Assembly (NCBI GenBank): GCA_963745025.1
Contig: CAVUWD010000020.1
Location: 160,001 to 224,000 of the forward strand
Origin: an uncultured delta proteobacterium
GTDB taxonomy: Bacteria > Desulfobacterota > Binatia > JACPRU01
DNA length: 64,000 nucleotides
Direction: 5' to 3'
Below are positions 1-9,564 of this stretch, in pieces; the first letter of the stretch is position 1; each line of letters starts with the position of its first letter. A model generated the notes under the pieces. The model did not search any database. It worked only from the letters and a program-made list of their open reading frames with translations, and had not been told where the DNA came from. Both the position numbers and the translations under genes were made by a program.

Positions 1-2
1 TC

Positions 3-200
3 GATCCGGTGTGGCGGCTCTACGCCGAGGCCGTCCGGCGGTTCGGACCGCTCTCGACCTTGATCGAGCGCGACGATCGGATCCCGGAGTTTTCCGAGGT
101 CGCAGCGGAGGCGGAGGAGGCACGGCGCATCCAGGTCGAAATCGATGACGAGGCTCAGAGAGAATCAGGACGTCTTCTGGCGGCTGATCCGCGCGCCTGA
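3..200 (+). CDS. DUF692 family multinuclear non-heme iron oxidative enzyme (MNIO, BufB-like), C-terminal fragment; 5' end outside window
   Basis: DPVWRLYAEAVRRFGPLSTLIERDDRIP matches the DUF692 C-terminal pattern (VW.LY...G...TLIERD..IP); overlaps the downstream DUF2063 gene. Confidence 0.85.
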   Translation, partial: DPVWRLYAEAVRRFGPLSTLIERDDRIPEFSEVAAEAEEARRIQVEIDDEAQRESGRLLAADPRA

Positions 201-990
201 GGGCGTTGCGGCGGCTCTCGCCGCGCTGCCCGACCGTGAGCGCGTGCTGCCGGGCGGCCTCGAGGGGTGGCTCCATGGCGACGAGCGCCTGAGTGCGCTC
301 GCCCGGCTGGACGTCTATGCGAACATGTACTTCTTCCGGCTGCTCGACTGCCTCGCCGAGGACTTTCCAGCGACGCATGCCGTCGTCGGTCACGAGCAAT
401 TCCACGGTCTCGTAGCCGAATACCTGGCGGTCCATCCCTCGGAGCATCCGTCGGTCCGGATGCTCGGCCGCGCGCTCGGCGATTTTCTCGAAGCGCATCC
501 GCTGTGCCGCGAGGTCTCCTATCTTCCCGACCTCGCGCGCTTCGAATGGGATCTGCTGGGGGCCTTCGATGCTGCCGACGCCGAACCGCTGTCGGCCGAG
601 CGTTTGCAGCGGCTCGCGCCCGACGACTGGCCCGCGCTCCGGCTCGAGCTGACACCGTCGCTCCGGATTCTCGAGGCGCGCGCGCCGGTCCAGGAGGTGT
701 GGTCGGCGGCCACCGAGGGACGCGGGCTGCCGAGAATTGCGCCGCAGCCGACGGTCCTGCGGATCTGGCGGGAAGACTTGCGCGTGTTTCACCGCACGAT
801 CGACCGCGTCGAGCTTGCGGCGCTTCGCGCCGTCCAGCGGGGCGAGCGGTTCGCCGAGATGTGCGACGCGGCGGCCGCCCTGGTTGGAGAAGAGCGGGCG
901 GCGTCCGAACTGGCGACGATCCTTCACCGTTGGTTCGCCGACCTCGCGATCGTGCGCCTCGACGTCTCCCCCGGTGGGACGGGACACTAG
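145..990 (+). CDS. DUF2063 (BufC/HvfC-like) MNIO partner protein
   Basis: RLDVYANMYFFRL..CLAEDFP..HAVVG..F and DLARFEW motifs; usual position after DUF692. Confidence 0.85.
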   Translation: MTRLRENQDVFWRLIRAPEGVAAALAALPDRERVLPGGLEGWLHGDERLSALARLDVYANMYFFRLLDCLAEDFPATHAVVGHEQFHGLVAEYLAVHPSEHPSVRMLGRALGDFLEAHPLCREVSYLPDLARFEWDLLGAFDAADAEPLSAERLQRLAPDDWPALRLELTPSLRILEARAPVQEVWSAATEGRGLPRIAPQPTVLRIWREDLRVFHRTIDRVELAALRAVQRGERFAEMCDAAAALVGEERAASELATILHRWFADLAIVRLDVSPGGTGH

Positions 991-1150
991 ACCCGTGCCA
1001 TGGCGACAGGGTCGCCATGGGCATCGTCAGCTGCGTCGCTTGAAGAGCGACATGCTCACTGGCGCTTCGGCTACCCCGTATCGATCGGCCTATGTTGGCG
1101 GTCTGCGCCTATGTCTACCGCCGGTTTCGCAAGTCGGGGTGGCTGTAAGA

Positions 1151-1223
1151 GGCTACGGGCTTCCGGCCCCGGGCTGCAGGCTGCAGGAACGACTTCGCGA
1201 GGTCCTTCCCGTAGCCCGCAGCC
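1151..1223. repeat. heptamer-armed stem-loop intergenic repeat, copy 1
   Basis: GGCTACG GGCTTCC GGCCCCG GGCTGCA GGCTGCA ...GACTTCGCGAGGTCCTTCC CGTAGCC CGCAGCC; core shared with the copy at 54795. Confidence 0.7.
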
Positions 1224-1225
1224 TC

Positions 1226-1846
1226 CTATGCTTCCAGCGCCCCAATCACCGCTTCCGCGCTCGTCACCGAAGCGATCAGCGGCAGGATGTTCGCGACCGA
1301 AAATCGGTGCCACTCGTCGGGCGCGCCGGCGCAGCAATCCTCGACGAGCATCACGTCGAACATGCGGTTGGCCGCTGACCGCACCGTTCCCTCGACGGCG
1401 AAGTTGGTCGACACGCCCATCGCGATCAGCGTCCGTCGGCCGAGCGAGCCGAGCGTTGCCCAGAGCGCAGACCCGTAAGACGGATCGATGCTCACGTAAC
1501 GGTTGAGGACCAGATCGCCGGGCTCGGGCCGGATCTCGGCGTGGATCTCGGCGCCCCAGGTGCCGGGACGCAGGACCTGTTGCCCCTTGGACCAGCGGTA
1601 GATCGCGCAGTCGGGCTTGGGGATCTCCGGTCGATTCTCGATCGTCGCGTAGAGCACGGGGACACGCGCCGCGCGGGCAGCGCGAAGGACGCGCTTCATC
1701 CTCGGCAGCACGCCCCGGCTGGCGACGGCACGGGCGAGCGCTCCGCTCATGCCCTTCTGCGCCGCACGCGATTCGTGGACGAGATCGTTCTGACACTCGA
1801 TGACCACGACCGCAGCCTCAGCCTTGCGGATCGAGAGCTTTGACAT
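1226..1846 (-). CDS. isochorismatase-like (cysteine hydrolase family) protein with non-canonical triad
   Basis: VVVIECQND, GTWGAEI..E..P..GD, MGVSTNFAVEGTVRSA, VEDCCA; D/K/C triad positions read E/R/A. Confidence 0.85.
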   Translation of the reverse strand: MSKLSIRKAEAAVVVIECQNDLVHESRAAQKGMSGALARAVASRGVLPRMKRVLRAARAARVPVLYATIENRPEIPKPDCAIYRWSKGQQVLRPGTWGAEIHAEIRPEPGDLVLNRYVSIDPSYGSALWATLGSLGRRTLIAMGVSTNFAVEGTVRSAANRMFDVMLVEDCCAGAPDEWHRFSVANILPLIASVTSAEAVIGALEA

Positions 1847-2086
1847 CCGCGCCTTCTGCCATCGACCCGCCGGTCAACGCAAACCAAGAGACGGAACGGA
1901 CGGGACGGCATCGCGAAGAACCTGGCGCTCGCGACGCGGTTACGCCAGGCGCGGACCCGACGCATTCATGACGTTCAGCGATTCGTATCCTTCCGATCAG
2001 ACCTCGCGAACCGGCGGCCCGTTTCTCGTCAACGTCACCATCGTCGGCTCCGGAACGATCAACGAGATGAGGCAGTCTACTGAATG

Positions 2087-2953
2087 CTACGACCGGCGCG
2101 CACCGACGAGCCAGACCGCCGAGTTCATGCGCAGGCCCTGCGGGCCGTGGAACGGTGCGAGCGCCTGCTTCACCGCGGCGACCACCCGCGGGCGAGCGGA
2201 GGGGCCGGCGTCGCGGAGCGCCGCGCCGGTCGGCCCCATCTCGACCAGGAACTCGACCGCGTCGTCGAGAGTCCCGCCGCCTCCGATGCCGAGCATCGTC
2301 TCGCATCCTTCGAGCGTGACATCGCTGAAGCCCGCGTCGCGGAGGATCCACCGTACGCGATCGGGATCGGCCAAGGAGAAGGGGCCCGGCGCCTCGGGTC
2401 CCGGCCGCGGCGGAAACGTGATCTCGCGCGCGGCCGCCGCCATCGGTACGGCCATCCAGGGGTTGCGCTCGAGCGCCTGCCAGCAGACGAAGAGGACGCG
2501 ACCCCCCGGACGAAGCGCTCGTCCGAGATTCGCAAAGGCTTGGGCGGGATCGACGAAGAACATCACACCGAAGCGCGAGTAGACGAGATCGAACGCGGCG
2601 GGAGGAAGTGGCTGCGTCTGCGCATCGGCATTCCAAAATACGACGTTCGCGGCGTCCGTCGCACGCGCGCATTCCAGTGCGCGCTCGAGCATCGGCGTCG
2701 ACACGTCGATGCCGACGACGGAGCCCTCGCGGCCGACCCGCATCGCGAGCTCCAGCGTGGTGGAGCCACAGCCACAGCCGACGTCGAGCACGCGCTCTCC
2801 CAGGCGGAGCGCAGCGCGTTCCGCCGCCATGCGGCCGAGGGCTCCGAGCTGTTCGTCGAGCACGTGCTGAAAGCGGATCCACTTCGGCGCCGACACCTCG
2901 TTCCAGTAGGTGATCTGCTCGGCGTTCGGACCGGTCGGGACGAGTAGCGGCAT
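2087..2953 (-). CDS. class I SAM-dependent methyltransferase
   Basis: VLDVGCGCG, SRFGVMFF.DP, LRPGGR, PGPFSLAD; start taken at MPLLVPTGPNAEQ. Confidence 0.88.
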   Translation of the reverse strand: MPLLVPTGPNAEQITYWNEVSAPKWIRFQHVLDEQLGALGRMAAERAALRLGERVLDVGCGCGSTTLELAMRVGREGSVVGIDVSTPMLERALECARATDAANVVFWNADAQTQPLPPAAFDLVYSRFGVMFFVDPAQAFANLGRALRPGGRVLFVCWQALERNPWMAVPMAAAAREITFPPRPGPEAPGPFSLADPDRVRWILRDAGFSDVTLEGCETMLGIGGGGTLDDAVEFLVEMGPTGAALRDAGPSARPRVVAAVKQALAPFHGPQGLRMNSAVWLVGARRS

Positions 2954-3044
2954 CGCGCCTTGGTAACATCCCGTGGCGCCAGACGCCATCTTGAACCTGC
3001 GAGTTCGTTGTGCGTATTCGGGGCTCGGAAGGCCACGCATACGC

Positions 3045-3389
3045 ATGGACCCGAAACGCATGCCGCGACGATCTCGCGGGAGCGCAATTCTCCTCGGCGT
3101 TGCGCTGTTTCTCGGCACCGCGCTTTCGGGCGCGCAGGCGCGTCACGACGATTCGCGCGAGGAGCGCGATCGCGGTGGCGACGTGTTTGCCACGACGCGC
3201 GGCCTGAACGAGATGGGCGTTCATCCGGCGCTCGAGGTCTCGATCTCGCCTGCGGCCGTGGTGCTCGGAATCGTCTTCGTACCGTTTGCTCTAATCGCCG
3301 GGGGGATGATGCGCGGAACGGACGCGCGTCGGGAGGACTCATGGCAACCGTCCGCGTCGAAGACCGCTCTGGAGGCGTGCGCGTCCTAA
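3045..3389 (+). CDS. hypothetical membrane protein (signal peptide plus one TM helix)
   Basis: SAILLGVALFLGTALSGAQA signal-like segment and AAVVLGIVFVPFALIAGG TM; fills the gap between divergent genes but overlaps the next gene by 49 nt. Confidence 0.45.
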   Translation: MDPKRMPRRSRGSAILLGVALFLGTALSGAQARHDDSREERDRGGDVFATTRGLNEMGVHPALEVSISPAAVVLGIVFVPFALIAGGMMRGTDARREDSWQPSASKTALEACAS

Positions 3390-4102
3390 CACTCGACCGT
3401 CCGCCCGCGAACGCCGAGGACGTGACGCTGCTCGCCGATCTTTCGGCCGCGCTCGATGACGCGGGAGCGGATTCGCGCGTGCGCGCGGTCGTGCTCACGG
3501 GCGCCGGCAGGTTCTTTTCCGGGGGCTTCGACCTCGCGACTGAGCGAGTCGGCGACGACGAGGTCGCGGTCCTGACGACCCTCTTCCGCGACACGCACGT
3601 GAAGCTTCTCACCCTTCCGAAGCCGACGATCGCGATGGTGAACGGCCACGCGATCGCCGGCGGCTTGATTCTCGTGCTCGCCTGCGACTATCGCCTCGGC
3701 CTCGACGCCGACTACAAGATCGGCCTCAACGAAGTCGCGATCGGCGCTGCCTATCCGAAGGTCGCGCTCGAGATCGCGCGCCTCCGCCTCGCCCATGCGC
3801 GCGCGGCCGAGCTCCTGCTCGGCGCGGCGCTCTATCCGGCGAGCCAGGCGATCCGGCTCGGCATCGTCGACGAGCTCTTTCCGGCCGACACGCTCGCGGA
3901 GACCGTGATGCGCCGCGCGCAGCGCATGGGAGCCTTTCCCCGCGAGGTCTACATCCACACCAAACTCGCACTGGTCGCCGACACGGTGGCGCGGGTGATG
4001 GCCGAGACGCCCGAAGAAGCGGTGCACACCGCGGCGCTCTGGCAGACCGCGGAGAGCCGCGCCGCGCGCGCCAAGCAACGCGAAACGCTCGGCAAGAAGT
4101 GA
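3341..4102 (+). CDS. enoyl-CoA hydratase/isomerase (crotonase) family protein
   Basis: GGAGG RBS; LDRPPANA, FFSGGFDL, PKPTIAMVNGHAIAGG, GLNEVAIG. Confidence 0.92.
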   Translation: MATVRVEDRSGGVRVLTLDRPPANAEDVTLLADLSAALDDAGADSRVRAVVLTGAGRFFSGGFDLATERVGDDEVAVLTTLFRDTHVKLLTLPKPTIAMVNGHAIAGGLILVLACDYRLGLDADYKIGLNEVAIGAAYPKVALEIARLRLAHARAAELLLGAALYPASQAIRLGIVDELFPADTLAETVMRRAQRMGAFPREVYIHTKLALVADTVARVMAETPEEAVHTAALWQTAESRAARAKQRETLGKK

Positions 4103-4749
4103 TCCCTCTCGAGGTCGACGGCCCCGATCGCGCCGAGCGGACGATCGTGCTGGCCCACGGCGCCGGGGCGCCGATGGATTCGCCGTTCCTGAGTCACTTC
4201 GCTCGCGGCCTCGCGGCACGCGGGCTTCGAGTCGTTCGCTTCGAGTTTCCCTACATGCAGGCGCGCCGCGGCGGGCGGCGCGTGCCGCCGGACCGACCGC
4301 CGGTGCTGCGCGCCTGCTGGCTCGAGGTCGTCCGCGAGCTCGGCGGCGCGGAGCGGCTGGTGATCGGCGGAAAGTCGCTCGGTGGCCGGATCGCGAGCCT
4401 CGTCGCGGACGAGGTCTCGGCACGAGGGCTCGTGTGCATCGGCTACCCGTTTCATCCGCCCGGCAAGCCGCAAGCGCTTCGCGTCGAGCATCTGCGAACT
4501 CTGCGAACGCCGACGCTGATCGTGCAGGGCACGCGCGATGCGCTCGGCTCGCAGGGAGACGTCGCAGGCTACTCGCTCTCGCCGGCGATTCGAGTTCACT
4601 GGATCGCGGACGGAGATCATTCGCTGAAGCCGCGGGTACGCTCGGGCCGCACGGAATCGCAGAATCTCGACGAGGCAGTGGCGGCGATCGCCGACTTCGC
4701 CGCGAGCGAGCCCCAGTCGAATCGCTCGAGCGCGTTGCGCCGCAGGTAG
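4099..4749 (+). CDS. alpha/beta hydrolase (KANL3/Tex30-like)
   Basis: LAHGAGAPMDS, GGKSLGGR nucleophile elbow, GYPFHPPGK, QGTRD, DGDHS. Confidence 0.9.
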   Translation: MIPLEVDGPDRAERTIVLAHGAGAPMDSPFLSHFARGLAARGLRVVRFEFPYMQARRGGRRVPPDRPPVLRACWLEVVRELGGAERLVIGGKSLGGRIASLVADEVSARGLVCIGYPFHPPGKPQALRVEHLRTLRTPTLIVQGTRDALGSQGDVAGYSLSPAIRVHWIADGDHSLKPRVRSGRTESQNLDEAVAAIADFAASEPQSNRSSALRRR

Positions 4750-5070
4750 CGCTGGAGCACGTTGTCGACGTGGGCGTCGCCGTAATAGACGCCATTGGGC
4801 CACTTCGCGACCTCCTCGCGGAAGGGTCGTCGGGCAATGCCGATCGAGGGCTTCACGGCCTGAAGGACCGTGGACGCGCTCGACGACGGTGGCGGCGGGA
4901 AAGCGCGCGCCCTCGGCTCAGATGTCGAGCGCGAAGCGCACCGGCAGCGTCGAGGACAGCATGGCCTGCGGGATGTCGACCGAGAGCCCGGCCAGCCGCC
5001 CGCGGGCGTCGCGGATCGTGGCGTTGCGCTCGTTCGACTGATCGAGGAGCGCGCCGGCGGTCGATGTCAC
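4710..5070 (-). pseudogene. degraded gene remnant of unknown family
   Basis: Codon-biased frame TSTAGALLDQSNERNATIRD...FALDI*AEGARF (TGA at 4918-4920), then a shift into VLQAVKPSIG...YYGDAHVDNVLQRYLRRNALERFDW; runs into the 3' end of the convergent hydrolase. Confidence 0.4.
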
Positions 5071-5873
5071 GTAACGCGCCTCGCCCGGAGCGCGAGGAAC
5101 ATCGGGATCTCCTCGCGGCTTTTGTCGAGCGCCGCCTTGCGAGGCCCCGCGGGGCTCGTCTTGTGGCTCGGCCACTCCTCGACGCGGTCGATCGCAAAAC
5201 CGGCAGAGCCGAGCGTGTTGACGTAGGCCTGAAGCGGACGGTGAAAGCTCGGCGTCGTTTGCGACGGGTCGGACCCCGGATGGATCTGAATCTCCGCGCG
5301 GCTCGAGCTCAGGTACTGCTCGATCGCGCGATACTGGACGCGCCTCTGCTCGTCCCAGCCCCAGTGGCTCGCGCGCGGTACGCGGAAACAGGGGTGCATC
5401 ATCACCACGACGAGCCGCCCGCCGCGCGCGAGCACCCGATGGCAGCCTTCCCAGACCGGGGACAGCGGGGCGATGTTCTGAATCGCCAGAACGATGACCG
5501 CGACGTCGAATCCTCCCGCGTCGCAGATGTCGGCGAGGCGTCGGGCGTCGCCGACCCGGTAGTCGATTGCAAGCCGATCGGATTGGTTCCGCCGCTTGGC
5601 CGCTTCGATCAGTGCGGGCGCGATGTCGATGCCGGTCACGCGCGCGCCGGCTTCCGCGAGCGCCCGGCAGAGCACTCCCTGGCCGCACGCGACGTCGAGC
5701 ACACGCTCGCCGCGCTTGGCATCGACTAGCTTCACGGTGCGCGGGATGACGACCTCTCGGTGGTACTCGCTGCCGCGCTCGCCGACCAGCTCGTCATACC
5801 AGCCCGCGATGTCTTGCCAGCCGCGCTTCCGCGGGAGTCGACGGCCGCGCTGCCGATTGCGAGACAGATTCAA
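5067..5873 (-). CDS. class I SAM-dependent methyltransferase
   Basis: W..IA.WYDELVG..G..YH, VLDVACGQG, HPCFR, FHRPL..Y, EIPMFL. Confidence 0.88.
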   Translation of the reverse strand: MNLSRNRQRGRRLPRKRGWQDIAGWYDELVGERGSEYHREVVIPRTVKLVDAKRGERVLDVACGQGVLCRALAEAGARVTGIDIAPALIEAAKRRNQSDRLAIDYRVGDARRLADICDAGGFDVAVIVLAIQNIAPLSPVWEGCHRVLARGGRLVVVMMHPCFRVPRASHWGWDEQRRVQYRAIEQYLSSSRAEIQIHPGSDPSQTTPSFHRPLQAYVNTLGSAGFAIDRVEEWPSHKTSPAGPRKAALDKSREEIPMFLALRARRVT

Positions 5874-6380
5874 GGAAGGGAGCTCCTTTTGAAGTAGGGT
5901 ATGGTCACGTCGTCGTTCCTCTTCTCGAACACCCCGTCTCGGTGTGCACGCAGCAGTCGATGCGCTTCACGCTTTCGTCCTCGGACTTCCGGGTGAGCCG
6001 CGCGCAGGTGATCGTCTCTTCGCGCAGGATTCAATGTAGGATTCAATCAAGCGCTCTAATCATGTGCTTGAAAGTTCGGTCAAGTCGCAGCAGCCCTCGG
6101 CTGTCCGCCTTCGGCTTTCGGCAAAGATATCGTTGCGGCGATAGCGCACAACCGACAGCCGAAGGCGATCCGCAATTCGAGGCGATCCCCGATGCAAAGT
6201 GCCTCACTGTCGACGTGTTTTGGTCGACGTGTTTTGGCTTGTGCTGCCTGTGCCGCCTGTGTTACAGGCATACGCAGTGGTTGAGGCGAAGGTTTTGGCA
6301 GTCCCCGCAGACCGTTTCCGGCCAGCAAGCTGACAAAATTTTTTTCCCTCAAAATTTACACGGAAAGGGGGTCAGCAAGA

Positions 6381-6581
6381 GTGGCTCAGGGAATGGTCAA
6401 ATGGTTCAATAGCCAAAAGGGTTACGGATTCATCACCCAGGACGACGGCCAGGACGTTTTCGTCCATTATAGCGCCATCGCCGGTGACGGGTTCCGCAGC
6501 CTCGAGGAAGGCCAGCGCGTCACCTTCGACGTCGTCAAGGGTCCGAAAGGGCTCCAGGCGTCGAACGTCGCCAAGGCGTAA
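6381..6581 (+). CDS. cspA: cold-shock protein (CspA family)
   Basis: [15 protein letters not shown] (RNP1), DVFVHYSAI (RNP2), [10 protein letters not shown]. Confidence 0.97.
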   Translation: MAQGMVKWFNSQKGYGFITQDDGQDVFVHYSAIAGDGFRSLEEGQRVTFDVVKGPKGLQASNVAKA

Positions 6582-6603
6582 GCGGTAACGGAACCAAGAA
6601 TCG

Positions 6604-6644
6604 AGAGCCCCCGTGGCGGCAACGCCCGGGGGCTTTTCTTTCTT
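6604..6644 (+). terminator. Rho-independent terminator after cspA
   Basis: AGAGCCCCCG...CGGGGGCTTT stem followed by a T-rich tract. Confidence 0.8.
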
Positions 6645-6814
6645 GCAGGTCGCCGAATATCGGCTACCGACTGTACGCCGAGAGCAACGATCGGAGCACG
6701 GAGCGGGGCCATGGCGATCGCATTCTGGATGAGGCCGGGATCGCCGACGCGCTCGAAGATCGTCGTCACGCCGTGCCGCCGAGATCCTTTGCGACCGTTC
6801 CGGGCTCTTGCTCG

Positions 6815-8729
6815 TCATCTCGTCGGGCGGGAAGTCGACGTGACTCGCTGACCGAAGCGGACGAAGAGGACGAACAGCAGCAGGAACGGCAGCATCGTCG
6901 CGACGTCCTCCCAGGCGCCGCTGCCCGGAGAGCGGAGCGCAACGCGGTCGGCGAGCCCGCTCACCACGAGCGCGGCGACGCCGATACCCATCAGGGCGTC
7001 TCCGGCGACCAGTCCCGAGGCGAGCAGCGTGAGCGACTCGCGGAGATGCGGCTCCCCTTCACCCGCACGTGCGGCCGATCTCTCGCCGACGAGGTGAGGC
7101 CCATGGAGAAGCCAGGAGGCGAGGCCGCCGAGGATCAACGGCGCGGAGGTCGTGATCGGCAGATAAAGACCGATCGCGAACGGCAGGCTCGCCACGCCGA
7201 ACGCTTCGGCGAGGAGCGCGAGCCCCGCGCCGAGGGAGAGCAGCCGCCAGGGGAGGTCTCCCTGCATCACGCCGGCGGCGAGCGTGGCCATGAGCTTCGC
7301 TTGCGGGGCGGGCAGCACTGCCGAGCCGATGCCGTACGCCTTGTGGAGCAGGAATAGCACCCAGCCCGCCCGCAGCGCGGCGACGGCGGTGCCCACGATC
7401 TCGCCGACCTGGAGTACCCACGGGGTCGCTCCCACGAGCGCGCCCGTCTTCAGATCTTGGCTCATGTCGCCGGCGAGCGCGATCGAGACCGCCACGATCG
7501 CCGCTACGCGGATCGCCGCGGCGGCGCCCTCGGCGCCGGATCGTCCCGAGAGCAGGATGGCCAGCGCGGTGACGAGCAAAGCGGTGATCGTCATGCCCGA
7601 GACCGGCTGCGAGGTCGTGCCGATCAACCCGACGATCTCCGAAGAGACGACGACGAAGAAGAACGTGAAGGCGACCGCGAGCAGCGCATCGGCGAGCCTC
7701 ATGTGGAACCAGGGGAGCAGCCAGAGGCCGAGCGCGAGCACTCCGACGCCACCGACGACGACCGCGCCGGGGAGGTCGCGATCGGTGCGTGCGCTGCTCG
7801 CCGCCGATCCGTCGAGGCTCGAAAGCAGGCTGACGACCGCAGCGCGCATCGCCGGCAGCGCGCGGATGAGCGAGACCATGCCGCCCGCCGCGACGGCGCC
7901 GGCGCCGACGTAGCGGACCGCCTGGCGCCAGATCTCCTTGGCATCGAGCGCGCCGATGCCCGCGGGCAAGCCGAACCAGACGGCGTGGTCGCCGAGGACG
8001 TCAAAGAACGGAATCAGCGCCACCCAGCCAATCAGCCCGCCGGCGAGCATCACCGAAGCGATGCGCGGGCCGATGAGGTACCCGACGCCGAGAAACATCG
8101 GCGACAGCTCGAAGCCGATCGATGCCTTGTGGAGGGACGATACACTCCAGAAGACCGTGTCGTTCCACAGGCGGAGGCCGCGCCCGAGAATCGTGTAGAG
8201 AGCTCCTGCGACGATACCCCCGAAGACCGGCCGCGCGCTCGCGCCGCCCTTGTCGCCGGCGATCAGTACCATCGCGCACGCTGTGCCCTCGGGAAACGGC
8301 AGCTCGCCGTGCCGCTTCACCGTGAGCGTATCCCGCAGCGGAATCATCATCAGCACGCCGAGCATCCCGGCCGTGGCGCCGAGCAGGAAGATCTCGAAGC
8401 CGCTTGGCGCGAGCCCCAGGAAGATCAGTGCCGGCACGGTGAAGATCACGCCGGCGGCGAGCGACTCGCCCGCCGAGGCGATGGTGTGGACGACGTTGTT
8501 CTCGAGGATGGTGCCGCGGCGGAGGATGCCGCGCAGCACGGCCATCGAAAGCACCGCCGAGGGAATCGAGGCCGAGACCGTGAGCCCGATCTTCAGCGCC
8601 AAATACGAATTGACCATTCCGAAAGCGAGCGAGAGAGCCGCACCAAGCAGTACGGCGCGCACCGTGAGCTCGGCGACTTTCTGCTCCGGGCGGACGTAGG
8701 GGACGAGGGGAGAGTGGAGCGCGACTCAC
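6815..8729 (-). CDS. OPT-family oligopeptide transporter; probable 1-nt indel near the 5' end (longest intact ORF 6815..8662)
   Basis: ELTVRAV, YLALKIGLTVSASIP, ILENN, LPFPEGTACA, QDLKTG, LPAPQA; conserved N-terminus (VPYVRPEQKVAELT) has no in-frame start, and the GTG at 8729 overlapping the SIMPL stop is one frame off. Confidence 0.9.
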
Positions 8730-9445
8730 TCCGCGATTTCGAACGTCACGGTGACGTTGGCGTGAAGCTCTATGGTGCCGGGCTCCACCGGAGTCGGCGG
8801 CGCGCCGCCACGAGCCATCGCGGCACCGATCATCATCGGACGGACGATCGGCGGTTCGCCGGCAGTCTCGGCTGCCCGCACGCGAAGAATCTTGACGCCG
8901 AGCGCCGAAGCGATCACCTCTGCCTCCGCCTTGGCGCGGCTCACGGCCTCGCGCAGCGCTCGCGCCCGCACCTCCTGCTCGTTCTTGAGCGAAAACCGAA
9001 GACCGCGGATGTCGTTCGCCCCGGCAGCCGTCCCGGCATCGATGACCGGGCTCACCCGCGAGAGATCGGCCGTGGTGACGCGGATCACGTTCTGCGCCGA
9101 ATAGCCGCTGATCGATGGCGCACGGTTCGGCTTACCCTCGCCGTAGAGCGGCGTCACCGAATAGCCGACCGTCGTGACGTCCGCCTCGGTGTCGAGGGTC
9201 TTACGCACGGCGGCCAGCACGACGTCGACGCGCTTCGCATTCTCGCTGGCGGCCTGCTCGGCGCTCGCGGCCTGCGTCAGCACCCCGAGATCGATCTCCG
9301 CCCGATCGGGCGCGGCGCTCGCCGAAGCCACGCCGACGACCCGGATGATACGGGGTTCCTTGCCGTCGGTCTCCGCGCCGGTCGCGGTGCGGCCGTGGAC
9401 GAGCGCGAGAAGAGCGAGCGCGACGGCGGGACGTTCGAGGCCCAT
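8726..9445 (-). CDS. SIMPL domain (DUF541) periplasmic protein
   Basis: signal peptide; V.G......PDRAEI.LGV, GY.A.N, AGAN.I.G, ALREAV..AKA.A, PVEPG. Confidence 0.92.
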   Translation of the reverse strand: MGLERPAVALALLALVHGRTATGAETDGKEPRIIRVVGVASASAAPDRAEIDLGVLTQAASAEQAASENAKRVDVVLAAVRKTLDTEADVTTVGYSVTPLYGEGKPNRAPSISGYSAQNVIRVTTADLSRVSPVIDAGTAAGANDIRGLRFSLKNEQEVRARALREAVSRAKAEAEVIASALGVKILRVRAAETAGEPPIVRPMMIGAAMARGGAPPTPVEPGTIELHANVTVTFEIAE

Positions 9446-9499
9446 GCAGGTCGGCAGGATAGTATGGCGGCAGAGCGGAGGCGAGTACCGAACCGCGCC

Positions 9500-9553
9500 A
9501 TCGGCTACCGGCAAAAGAACAGAAGGTCTTTGCCGATCGCCGAAGACCGATAG
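9500..9553. repeat. heptamer-armed stem-loop repeat copy
   Basis: TCGGCTACC GGCAAAAGA...TCTTTGCC GATCGCC GAAGACC GAT; resembles the 56926 copy. Confidence 0.6.
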
Positions 9554-9564
9554 AAAAGGACCGC

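Noticed and set aside
5880-6060. Small Cys-containing peptide (ILREETITCARL...RIDCCVHTE) as a RiPP precursor
   Set aside because: No start codon or RBS and an upstream in-frame stop; at most a gene remnant, and far from the MNIO genes.
8726-8728. Selenocysteine or read-through SIMPL-OPT fusion
   Set aside because: The TGA is at the natural SIMPL end, and an overlapping GTG start plus a 1-nt indel near a C-run explains the in-frame arrangement more simply.
7457-9553. Long antisense ORFs (698 aa here; also 9649-11130, 36006-37781, 59304-60881)
   Set aside because: Shadow frames opposite well-supported genes, expected in high-GC DNA; no recognisable motifs.
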